From: Myxococcota bacterium
GTDB taxonomy: Bacteria > Myxococcota_A > UBA9160 > UBA6930
Assembly: GCA_965223415.1 (NCBI GenBank)
Contig: OZ245002.1
Location: forward strand, 5,120,001-5,184,000
DNA: 64,000 nt
Direction of reading: 5' to 3'
The stretch's first letter is position 1. Each line of letters opens with the position of its first letter. Below are positions 9,277 to 17,817 of the stretch, piece after piece. A program made the position numbers and the translations under genes. Under the pieces are notes generated by a model. That model had not been told where the DNA came from. It searched no databases and saw only the letters and a program-made list of their open reading frames with translations.

Positions 9277-9750
9277 ATGAGCTCGATCCAACGCTTCTCG
9301 CATCTGGGCCTGTGCGTGGCCGCGCTCGAGCCCGCGCGCCGCTTCTACGTCGACGCCCTGGGATTCGCCGAGGAGAGCGAGCTGCAGGTGAAAGGCGAGC
9401 CGACCGACAGCCTGCTCGGCCTGCGCGATACGGAGCTGCACGCGGTGTACCTCACCCGCGACGGCTTCCGCCTGGAGCTGCTCCACTACGCGAGGCCGGG
9501 GCACGAGGCCGCCCCGCGGCCCCGCCCGATGAACCAGCTGGGGCTCACCCATCTCTCGCTGCGGGTCGCCGACCTGGACGAGGTATTGGTCCGGGTCGCC
9601 GCGTCCGGCGGCGAGGTGCTCGCCGGGACGCGGATCGCGATGGGTCCTTCCGCCGCGGCCTTCGTCCTCGACCCCGACGGCACGCGCATCGAGCTCGTCC
9701 AGGCGCCCGGCGACCCTGCGAGCCCGCCGTCCGCCGGAGGTTCGCGATGA
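9277..9750 (+). CDS. VOC/glyoxalase family protein
   Basis: FSHLGLCV..RRFYVDALGF, RLELL, THLSLRV, FVLDPDGTRIELVQ. Confidence 0.9.
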   Translation: MSSIQRFSHLGLCVAALEPARRFYVDALGFAEESELQVKGEPTDSLLGLRDTELHAVYLTRDGFRLELLHYARPGHEAAPRPRPMNQLGLTHLSLRVADLDEVLVRVAASGGEVLAGTRIAMGPSAAAFVLDPDGTRIELVQAPGDPASPPSAGGSR

Positions 9751-11390
9751 GTCTGCCCGAGCCGTGCTCGATGCCCGCCTTCGTGCGCGCCCAGGCCGCG
9801 CACCACGGCGATCGTCCCTTCGTCTCCCTCGGCGAGCAGCGCCTCACCTACGCCCAGCTCGAAGCCCGCTCGCGACGCTGGGCCCGGGGGCTCCTGGCCC
9901 GCGGCGTCGGAAAGGGCACGCGGATCGGCCTGCTCATGCCCAACGGTCCCGACTGGGTGACGGCCTGGATCGCCGCGACCCGCATCGGGGCCCTGCTCGT
10001 CCCGCTGAACACCTTCTACCAGGCCCGCGAGCTCGGCTGGGTGCTGGCCCACGCCGATGTCGACACCCTGCTCTGCGTCGACCGCTTTCTCCGCAACGAC
10101 TACCTGGAGCGCCTCGAGCAGTTCGCTCCCGAGCTGGCACGCGCAGAGGCGGCACCGCTCCACCTCGAAGCCCTGCCCTACCTGCGCCGGGTCCTGGTGG
10201 CGGGAGAGCTGCGCCGGCCCTGGGCACGGCCCCTCGCAGAGCTGGAGGCGCAGGCGGAGGCGGTGCCCGAGACCCTCCTGGAGGCGGTGGAGGCCCAGGT
10301 GACTCCCGCCGACCCGATGATCGTGATCTACAGCTCCGGCAGCACGGCAGATCCCAAAGGCGCCGTGCACACCCACGGCACCGTCATCCGCCACGCCCAC
10401 AACCTGAACCAGTTCCGTGATCTCCGGGCCAGCGACCGCATGTACTCGCCGATGCCGTTCTTCTGGGTCGGCGGCTTCCTCTTCACCCTGGCCTCGGTGA
10501 TGCACGTCGGCGCCGCACTCCTGTGCGAGGAGGTGTTCGAGCCCGGACCCACCCTGGAGCTCCTGGAGCGCGAGCGCGCCACCCTCGTCACCGGCTGGCC
10601 CCACTACAGCAAGGCTCTGGCGGACCACCCGACCTTCTCGCAGCGGGACCTCTCGGCCGTACGCGGCGGCAACCTCTACGACCTGCTGCCCGAAGGCCAG
10701 CGCCCGGCGGACCTCGAGCTCCGCTCCAACTCTCTCGGCATGACCGAGACCTGCGGGCCCCACACGATGGACCCGATGGACCAGACCCTGCCCGAAAAGC
10801 TGCGCGGCTCCTTCGGCCACGCGGTGCCGGGCGTCGAGCACAAGGTGGTCGATGCGGAGACCGGTGCGGTGCTCGGGGCCGACGCCTCCGGCGAGATCTG
10901 CGTGCGCGGCTACTCCGTCATGCAGGGCCTCTACAAGCAAGAGCGCGAGGAGGTCTTCGACCGCGACGGCTTCTACCACACCGGAGACGGCGGGCGCTTC
11001 ACCGCCGACGGCGTCCTCTTCTTCGAGGCGCGCCTCGGCGACATGATCAAGACCGCCGGCGCGAACGTGACCCCGCGGGAGGTCGAGGTCGTGCTCGAGG
11101 GCCTTCCGGGGGTGCGCTCGGCCTTCGTCGTGGGCGTGCCACACCCGGACCGGGGCGAGAACGTCGCCGCGGTCGTCGTGCCGAAGGAAGGCGAGAGCCC
11201 GGCGGCCGACGCGCTCCACAGCGCCCTGCGAAACGAGCTCTCCGCCTACAAGGTGCCGCGCCACCTGTGGCTGGCCGGTGCCGACGACGTGCCGATGACC
11301 GACAGCGGCAAGGTCGACAAGAAGCGCCTGCGGGCGGAGCTCGCCGCGCGCATCGAGGCGGGCGACACCGGCGAGCCCCCGCGCACGTGA
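9747..11390 (+). CDS. Acyl-CoA synthetase (class I adenylate-forming enzyme)
   Basis: YSSGSTADPKG, LGMTET, FYHTGDGG, RLGDMIKTAGANV, SGKVDK. ATGA overlap with the VOC gene. Confidence 0.93.
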   Translation: MSLPEPCSMPAFVRAQAAHHGDRPFVSLGEQRLTYAQLEARSRRWARGLLARGVGKGTRIGLLMPNGPDWVTAWIAATRIGALLVPLNTFYQARELGWVLAHADVDTLLCVDRFLRNDYLERLEQFAPELARAEAAPLHLEALPYLRRVLVAGELRRPWARPLAELEAQAEAVPETLLEAVEAQVTPADPMIVIYSSGSTADPKGAVHTHGTVIRHAHNLNQFRDLRASDRMYSPMPFFWVGGFLFTLASVMHVGAALLCEEVFEPGPTLELLERERATLVTGWPHYSKALADHPTFSQRDLSAVRGGNLYDLLPEGQRPADLELRSNSLGMTETCGPHTMDPMDQTLPEKLRGSFGHAVPGVEHKVVDAETGAVLGADASGEICVRGYSVMQGLYKQEREEVFDRDGFYHTGDGGRFTADGVLFFEARLGDMIKTAGANVTPREVEVVLEGLPGVRSAFVVGVPHPDRGENVAAVVVPKEGESPAADALHSALRNELSAYKVPRHLWLAGADDVPMTDSGKVDKKRLRAELAARIEAGDTGEPPRT

Positions 11391-11403
11391 CCCACCCCAC
11401 GTC

Positions 11404-12585
11404 GTGAGCACCTACCGATGGTTCACGGCGGGCGTCGCCTCCTGGTTCACCGCCTGGGGCATGAACGCCCTGGTCTTCAGCTGGCTCGTGGTGGGCGTCC
11501 TCGAGGCGGAGCCGCGTTGGGTGGGGATCGCCCAGACCTCGACGCTCCTGCCCTCGCTTTTCCTGCTCCTGTTCGGCGGCGCCGTCGCCGACCGGCTCGA
11601 CCCCCGGCGTCTGCTGATCGGTCTGCACCTGGCCGCAGCGCTGCCGATCCTGGCCCTGGCCGGCGTCGTGCAGGTCGGCGCCCTCACCCTGCCCTTGCTG
11701 CTCGGCTACGGTGCGGTGCTCGGCTCCTTCTCCGCCTTCGTGATGCCGAGCCGGGACGCCCTGCTCTCCCGGGTCGCCGGCGGCGACATGATGCGAGCCG
11801 TGACCGGCATGACCGTCTTCCAGTTCGGCGGCCAGGCCCTGGGCACGCTCCTGGCCGGTCGGGCGGAGGCCGTGGGGGTCGTGGCCGTGCTAGTCGCCCA
11901 GGCGATCATCGTGGCCCTGGGCGCCGGCGCCACCGGCTTCCTCACCGAACGTCCACCTCGGACGGATGACGCCCAGGACGGCTCGGCGCTCGCACGGATC
12001 CGCGCCGGCCTCGGCATCGTGGCGCGCACGCCGGAGCTGCGCACGCCGGTGGCGCTGGTGTTCCTGGTGGGCGTCCTCTTCATCGGCCCGTACCTGGTGC
12101 TCTTCCCGCTCCTCGTCCGGGATCGCTACGCCGGCGGCGCCCAGGAGCTGGCCTTCGTGCTCATGACCTTCCCCCTCGGCACGATCCTGGGCTCACTGGT
12201 TCTGCGGGCCCGCGGCGGCATCCGGCGCAAGGGCCGAGCGCTGCTCCTGGCCCTCGCCGCCGGCGCGACCACCCTCGTCGTGATGGGTACCGGCCTCTCC
12301 TTTCCGGGCATGGTGCTCGCCGCCCTCTTCTGGGGGCTCGCCGGATCGGTCTTCATCAACACGAGTCGCACCCTCGTGCAAGAAGCGGCGCCGGCAGAGG
12401 CAAGGGGTCGCGTGCTGGCCGCCTATCAGGTCGGTTTCGTGGGCGGTGGCCCGATCGGGACCCTGCTGGCGGGCATCGTGGCGGAGCGCGTCGGCCCCCT
12501 CGCGACGCTCACGGCAGCGGGCGGTGCGATGCTCGTGTGCGTCCTCGCAGTCGCCGTGTTCAGCGGCGCGCGGGAGATGCAGTAG
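11404..12585 (+). CDS. MFS transporter
   Basis: About 12 hydrophobic helices, GAVADRLDPRR motif A, RGRV in the second half. Confidence 0.9.
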   Translation: MSTYRWFTAGVASWFTAWGMNALVFSWLVVGVLEAEPRWVGIAQTSTLLPSLFLLLFGGAVADRLDPRRLLIGLHLAAALPILALAGVVQVGALTLPLLLGYGAVLGSFSAFVMPSRDALLSRVAGGDMMRAVTGMTVFQFGGQALGTLLAGRAEAVGVVAVLVAQAIIVALGAGATGFLTERPPRTDDAQDGSALARIRAGLGIVARTPELRTPVALVFLVGVLFIGPYLVLFPLLVRDRYAGGAQELAFVLMTFPLGTILGSLVLRARGGIRRKGRALLLALAAGATTLVVMGTGLSFPGMVLAALFWGLAGSVFINTSRTLVQEAAPAEARGRVLAAYQVGFVGGGPIGTLLAGIVAERVGPLATLTAAGGAMLVCVLAVAVFSGAREMQ

Positions 12586-14341
12586 GGCCCGCGCTCCAGC
12601 GGCGACCCAGCAGGGCGTCCGGCGCGCGCCGTGCCGGGGCAATCGCCACGGCACGCCCGCCGAGCTCGATGCGCGCCGCGCTGCCGGCGGCGAGGCGCGG
12701 CACCTCCAGGCGGGCGGGTCTCGGATCGTCCCCGAAGACCTCGACGACCAGCCCCTCCAACGGCCGTGCGTCCCGGTTCACGATGCGAAGGGCGCCGCCC
12801 TCCGCCGCCTCGAGCTCGACCCGCGAGCGCTGCGCGACCCAGCGCACCGCTTCGCCCGCCGTCGCCCGCCAGGCGTCCCGGCGCAGATCGTCCCGGAGCA
12901 CCGGGGCCAGGGCCTCGCGGTGGGAGGTCGCGGCCAGGCCCTGTCCCGAGAGCACCAGCAGGTGGAGACCACCCAGGGCACGCATCCGCCGCAGGTCCCG
13001 CTGGGCCTGGCGAGGCGCCACCCGCTGGCGGGCGGTCCGGTCGTGGGCGGCGGCCGCCCGTGAGACCAACGCCATCGGGAGGCCCTCCGCCGAGACCCAG
13101 CGCGGGTAGGCGCGGTCGAAGGCCGGGTCACCGACGACGTAGGCGTAGCCCGCCGTCGCCGCCTCGTGGAGGGTCAGGGCATCGAACTGCTCGCGAGGCA
13201 CGCGCAGGCCCCTGACCGGTCGCGGGTGGAGCCCGCCGATCGCCGCCCGGCTCTCCGAGAGCTTCTGCTGCTGGTGGATGCGTGTGCCGCCGTCGAATAG
13301 GGTGCGCCGGTCGCCCCGGGAGCCGAGCTCTGCGCTCGCGCGCAGGCGGGTCCTCAGGCGCCCCTCGGCGCGGACGACGTCGCTGTAGACGAACACGGTG
13401 GCACGCGGCTCCAGCGCTGCAGCGGCCTCGACCGCGGCCAGCACCTCGTCCTCGTCACCGTGGGTATCGATGCCGACGACGGAGGCGAAGCGCTGCGCCT
13501 CGGGCCACGGCGCGAGCGCGACCACGTCGTCTCCCGCCACCCACTGCAGGGCAAGACTCCGCAGGCGATCCAGCTCGGCGCGAGAGCCCTCCACCGCATG
13601 GGTGGCCGGGAACCCGAACCAGGCGCGGCGGGAGGCGCCCCCGTCGAGCGCCGCTGCGGGCTGCCAGGCGCCGAGCGGGTCCGGCGACGGGCGCAGCTGC
13701 CAGCTGCTCCACCAGAGCACCGGGTCGCCGCTCTCGTGGGTGTAGGCCGGCGAGTCCAGCGGGATCTCCAGCCGGCGTCCCGGATCGAGGGGAGCCGCCG
13801 GCGCGCTGCGTCCGGCCGGGACCACGAACAGAGCCTCGGCGCCGAAGGGACGGGGCGCCGCATCGGCGAGGCCGGCCGCACCGGTGAGGATCACGCCTCC
13901 GCCGGCGGCGGCGAAGCGATCGATCGCCCGGCGCTCCCCCGGTGCCAGACACAGCACCCAGGGAACGACGATCGCGTCGATCGTCCCCGGCCGAGCGGGG
14001 ATGCGTCGGGCGTTGCCCAGCTCGGTCGCGATACCGACGGCCTCCGCCAGCCCGCGCCAGCGCTCGGTCTGGGACCACAGGTCGAAGCCCCGCTCGGTCG
14101 CGCAGGCGATGTTGCTCGCGGGCTGCACGATCCGCACGCGGCGCGCGGGCCCCCTGCGCCAGGGCGGCGCGGTACCCTGCTCGGCGGTGGGAATGGACGC
14201 CACCTCCATCGCCGGGAACAGGTTGCGCAGGGTCCAGAGATAGGCGAGGCCGCCGCTGGCCATCAGCAGCACGAGGCTCGCCACCAGCAGCGCGTAGTAG
14301 AAGGGAATCCGTCCGCGCGGGTCTCCTTCGGTTCGCTCCAC
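12560..14341 (-). CDS. Membrane-anchored polysaccharide deacetylase-like protein with a degenerate NodB-type domain and an N-terminal Rossmann/GATase-like domain
   Basis: N-terminal TM; DAIVVP..E..AI.RF...GGGVILTG; PWP..; GIDTH, ATVFV, ELGSRG (normally EIxxHG), GLRVP, GYAYV. Confidence 0.65.
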   Translation of the reverse strand: MERTEGDPRGRIPFYYALLVASLVLLMASGGLAYLWTLRNLFPAMEVASIPTAEQGTAPPWRRGPARRVRIVQPASNIACATERGFDLWSQTERWRGLAEAVGIATELGNARRIPARPGTIDAIVVPWVLCLAPGERRAIDRFAAAGGGVILTGAAGLADAAPRPFGAEALFVVPAGRSAPAAPLDPGRRLEIPLDSPAYTHESGDPVLWWSSWQLRPSPDPLGAWQPAAALDGGASRRAWFGFPATHAVEGSRAELDRLRSLALQWVAGDDVVALAPWPEAQRFASVVGIDTHGDEDEVLAAVEAAAALEPRATVFVYSDVVRAEGRLRTRLRASAELGSRGDRRTLFDGGTRIHQQQKLSESRAAIGGLHPRPVRGLRVPREQFDALTLHEAATAGYAYVVGDPAFDRAYPRWVSAEGLPMALVSRAAAAHDRTARQRVAPRQAQRDLRRMRALGGLHLLVLSGQGLAATSHREALAPVLRDDLRRDAWRATAGEAVRWVAQRSRVELEAAEGGALRIVNRDARPLEGLVVEVFGDDPRPARLEVPRLAAGSAARIELGGRAVAIAPARRAPDALLGRRWSAGPTASPARR

Positions 14342-14344
14342 GGT

Positions 14345-14572
14345 CTAGGCCTCGGGGTCTCCGCTCGGCTCCTCGACGGACGCGCCGCCGCCCCGCTGAT
14401 AGCGGCGGAACACGCGCGGCGGCGCTTCCTCCTCCGGCGCCACCCGTCCGGCGCGGGCGCGCTTCTGGTCCCGGAGTTTGTAGGCTGCGTAGGAGCCGAA
14501 CGCGAGGATGATCGTGACGATCGTCGTGGCCATGATCACGGTCGACAGGATCGGGATGAGGTCGAACTTCAC
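14345..14572 (-). CDS. Small single-pass membrane protein (75 aa), candidate synthase accessory subunit
   Basis: Long hydrophobic N-terminus, then a basic stretch. Starts 1 nt after the GT2 stop and ends 3 nt before the next gene. Confidence 0.75.
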   Translation of the reverse strand: MKFDLIPILSTVIMATTIVTIILAFGSYAAYKLRDQKRARAGRVAPEEEAPPRVFRRYQRGGGASVEEPSGDPEA

Positions 14573-14573
14573 G

Positions 14574-15884
14574 TCAGATGCGCCCCTTTCGCTCGAGCTT
14601 TCCCCAACTCATCTGGCGGCCCATCAGCTCCTCCAGCGTGGCCATCACCTTGCACACGTCGATCACGACGATGAAGAAGACCCGATAGTAGATGGCGTAG
14701 AACGCCAGCTTCAGGTCCTCTTCCTCGATCGCCACACAGAAGAGCGCCGCCGCCACGTCGAGGATCGTGAGCTGCGTCCACCAGAAGAACAGCAGCTCCG
14801 TCATGCCGTACTTGACGCCCACGATGACGAAGAAGGCGTTGGCGAAGATGTTCATCGCGGGCCAGATCAGCCCCTCGAACACCATGTACCAGAGGATCAG
14901 GCTGTTGGCGGGCGTGGCCCACGGCCGCCAGAGCAGCCGCGAGTGCTTCTTGATCGCCTGGAGGATTCCCCGCGTCCAGCGGTAGCGCTGCTTGAGCAGG
15001 TCGAGCAGGTCTTCGGGCGCCTCCGTCAGCGCGACGCAGCGCCGCTCGTAGACGACCTTGAAGCCCTCGAGGAGCAGCTTGAGGGTGAGGTCGCAATCTT
15101 CCGCGTAGGTGTCGTGCTCGTAGAGGCCCACATGGAAGAGCGCGGACTTGCGGAACATCCCGATCGGCCCGGGAATGATGTTCACCATGCGAAAGAAGCC
15201 CTGGGCCTTGCGGGCCATGTTCAGGCCTTCGATGTACTCGAGGGCCTGGAGCTTCGAGATCATGTTCGATCGGTTCACCACCTTCACGTTGCCGGCGACG
15301 GCCGCAATGTTCGGATCGAGGAAGTGTTTGACGCCCTCGCGCACCGTGTCCCGCGTGAGCTTCGAGTCGCCGTCCATGCAGAGCACGATCGAACCGCGCG
15401 CGGAGCGGATGCCCTGATTGAGCGCCCGGCTCTTGCCGCCGTTCGGCTTGCGGATCACCCGCACCTCGGCGCCGCCCGCCTGCTTGCCCGCCAGCTGGTT
15501 CGCCTTGCGGTAGGTGTCGTCGGTCGAGCCGTCGTCGATGACGAGGATCTCGTAGTTCGGGTAGTCGAGCTCGAGGAGCGAGCGGATCGAGCTCTGGACG
15601 ACGGCGCCCTCGTTGTAACAGGGCACGATGATCGTGACCATCGGGTACTGCCGCATGTCCGGCAGGGCCTGGTCCTCGAGCTGATCCAGGTAGGAGAACC
15701 ACAAGAGGCCGAGGTAACGGATGACCAGTAGGACGAGGAAGCCGAAGAGCACCACCACCGAGACCTGGACGAAGGCGTCCTCCAGCACGAGGCGCTTGGA
15801 GAGCACCTGGCGGTAGAGCACGACGCTCAGCGTGATCAGAGCGACGGCGAGGACGACCAGGCCCGCGGTGTAGCGATGCTTCAC
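14574..15884 (-). CDS. Processive GT2 glycosyltransferase, PgaC/IcaA-like (PNAG-type) synthase
   Basis: IIVPCYNEG, DDGSTD, NGGKSRALN, MDGDS, AEDCD, QRYRW, plus N- and C-terminal TMs. Confidence 0.9.
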   Translation of the reverse strand: MKHRYTAGLVVLAVALITLSVVLYRQVLSKRLVLEDAFVQVSVVVLFGFLVLLVIRYLGLLWFSYLDQLEDQALPDMRQYPMVTIIVPCYNEGAVVQSSIRSLLELDYPNYEILVIDDGSTDDTYRKANQLAGKQAGGAEVRVIRKPNGGKSRALNQGIRSARGSIVLCMDGDSKLTRDTVREGVKHFLDPNIAAVAGNVKVVNRSNMISKLQALEYIEGLNMARKAQGFFRMVNIIPGPIGMFRKSALFHVGLYEHDTYAEDCDLTLKLLLEGFKVVYERRCVALTEAPEDLLDLLKQRYRWTRGILQAIKKHSRLLWRPWATPANSLILWYMVFEGLIWPAMNIFANAFFVIVGVKYGMTELLFFWWTQLTILDVAAALFCVAIEEEDLKLAFYAIYYRVFFIVVIDVCKVMATLEELMGRQMSWGKLERKGRI

Positions 15885-17817
15885 GGCGCCACCGGGAACC
15901 GATAGCGAAGGCCCACCTGCACGAAGTCCGACTCGTAGACGAGCCCCGACCGCACGGACTGATAGTGGTCGTAGCGAAGGGAGAAGCGCAGGCGCTCGTT
16001 CAGCTCCCACAGCAGCTCCGGGTTGATGCGCCAGCTGAGGCCGGAGCTCCCATCCGAATGGATGCGGCCGTACTCGCCGGTCAGCACCAGGTAGAACCGG
16101 TCCCAGAGCCGCTTCTTGAGCCGCAGGCCGAGTGCGTAGGTGAGCAGGTCCTGGGGCGAGTAGTAGAGGGGCGAGGTCTCGCTGTAGTCCCCGACGGAGC
16201 CGACGGCGAGCAGGTCGACCTCGAGCGGGCGCTCGACGAGGGTCAGGCCCAGGACGCTCCGCACGGTCCAGAAGCTGGGGGAGTCCGAATAGCGACCGAC
16301 CTCGGCGCGGGTCCAGCTCGTGAAGCGCTCGCCGTCGTACATGTGCACCAGGAAAGCGGTCGAACGCTCCACGCCCTCCAGCCCGCTCTCGATCGAGTGC
16401 ACCTCGGGGAACGCGTCGCCGTGGCGGAGGTCGAGCTGGAGCGCGTGGCGGTAGCCGAGCCAGCGCGTCGCGAAGACCCGCAGGCGCGGTGAGAGCCCGA
16501 CGCCGCCATAGCGGACCGCGCCCAGCTCCCCGCCCCACTCGAAGCGCTCGTCGGCCCGCTCGGAGAAGCCGACGCGGAAACCGTAGGCGTCGACCCGCTC
16601 GCCCGCATGCTCGGCCCGGGGCGTGTCCAGGCGAAGCGACCAGCGCTGGCCCGGTCGGGGCGTGTACAGGCCCTCGCTCTCGGTGGTCCACACCGAGAGG
16701 CCGTCATTGTCCTGGAACCACGAGAAGGCCGGCTCGGCGGAGGGCGAAGCCAGCAGGGCCAGGTGGGCGAGCTGGCGCTTGGCTTCCGCGTGGTCCGGGT
16801 CTTCGGCAAGGATGCCGCGGTACACGTCGTCGGCGAGACGATGGGCGCCGGACCAGGCGTGGACGTTGCCGAGCCCGACTCGGGCGCGGTGGTCGTCGGG
16901 CTGCTCTGCGATCAGCGCCTCGAGCTGGCGGCGGGCCGGACCGTACCGGCCGCGCCAGCTCGTCATCTCCGCCAGCTCGGTCCGCAGCAGGCGGTCTTCG
17001 GGTCGGGCCTCGAGGAGCTCCTGGTAGAGCATCTGGGCCTCGGCGTATCTTGCGCTCCAGGCGTGGAAGCGCGCCAGGTGGAGACGCGCCTCGTCGTCCT
17101 CCGGGTGCTCGCGAAGGTGCCGGCGCAGCAGGCGCCGCGCCTCCGCGTAGTGGCCCTCCTGTCCCAGCCGGATGCCGAGCGTGCGGGGCGAACGCTGATC
17201 GCGTTGCACCGCCTCGAGCTGGGTCCGGGCCCCCTCGTGGTCGGGATGATCGGCGAGCACCGCTTCCAGCTCCCGGGCCGCGTCGTCCAGGGCGCCGTCG
17301 CCATGATAGCCGCGGGCCCGCGCGACCCGGAAGGCGGGCTCGTCGGGGAAGTGCTGGAGGCCGAAGAGCAGCCAGCGGCTGGCCAGGTCCGGCCGCTCGG
17401 CAGCCCGCATCACCTCGACGGTCTCCGCCAGCACCTCGGGCTCGTCCCGGAAGAACGGCGCCGCGAGCACGTAGTGGGAGAGCGCGGTGCCGCCGTCGCC
17501 CAGGTAGTAGTGGGCGCGGCCGAGGGACAGCCGCGCCTCGCCGTCCCCGGGCGCATCGGCGACGACCGCCTGGAGGGTCGGGATCGCGTCGAGCTCCCTG
17601 CCTGCCCAGAGCTGGGTCAGGCCGAGCTCGCGCCGGAGGGTGGCGTCTCCGGGCTGCTCGGCGAGGAGCGTCTCGTACAGCGCGATCGAATCGTCGTAGT
17701 CGCCGGACCAGGCCAGCTCCCGAGCCCGCTCGTGACGCGGCGCCACCTCGGCCTCGGCGCTTCCGGCGGCGGTCGCGAGGAGCAGGAGGGCCAGCAGGAG
17801 GGGGGAGCGGCTCTCAT
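15881..17817 (-). CDS. TPR-repeat plus outer-membrane beta-barrel polysaccharide exporter (PgaA/BcsC-like architecture), frameshifted in a C6 run just after the start
   Basis: Repeated 'ARELAWSGDY'/'LARFHAWSARY'/'LGNVHAWSG' TPRs, amphipathic strands ending VQVGLRYRF. ATG 17817 (ATGA overlap) is out of frame with the signal peptide by one base. Confidence 0.8.

Noticed and set aside
1486..9278. Long N-terminal extensions on track ORFs (1486-3477, 1498-3483, 2070-4748, 6354-9278) suggesting fusions
   Set aside because: The extensions are off-frame or antisense readings of neighbouring genes. True starts with an RBS or -10 box lie internally.
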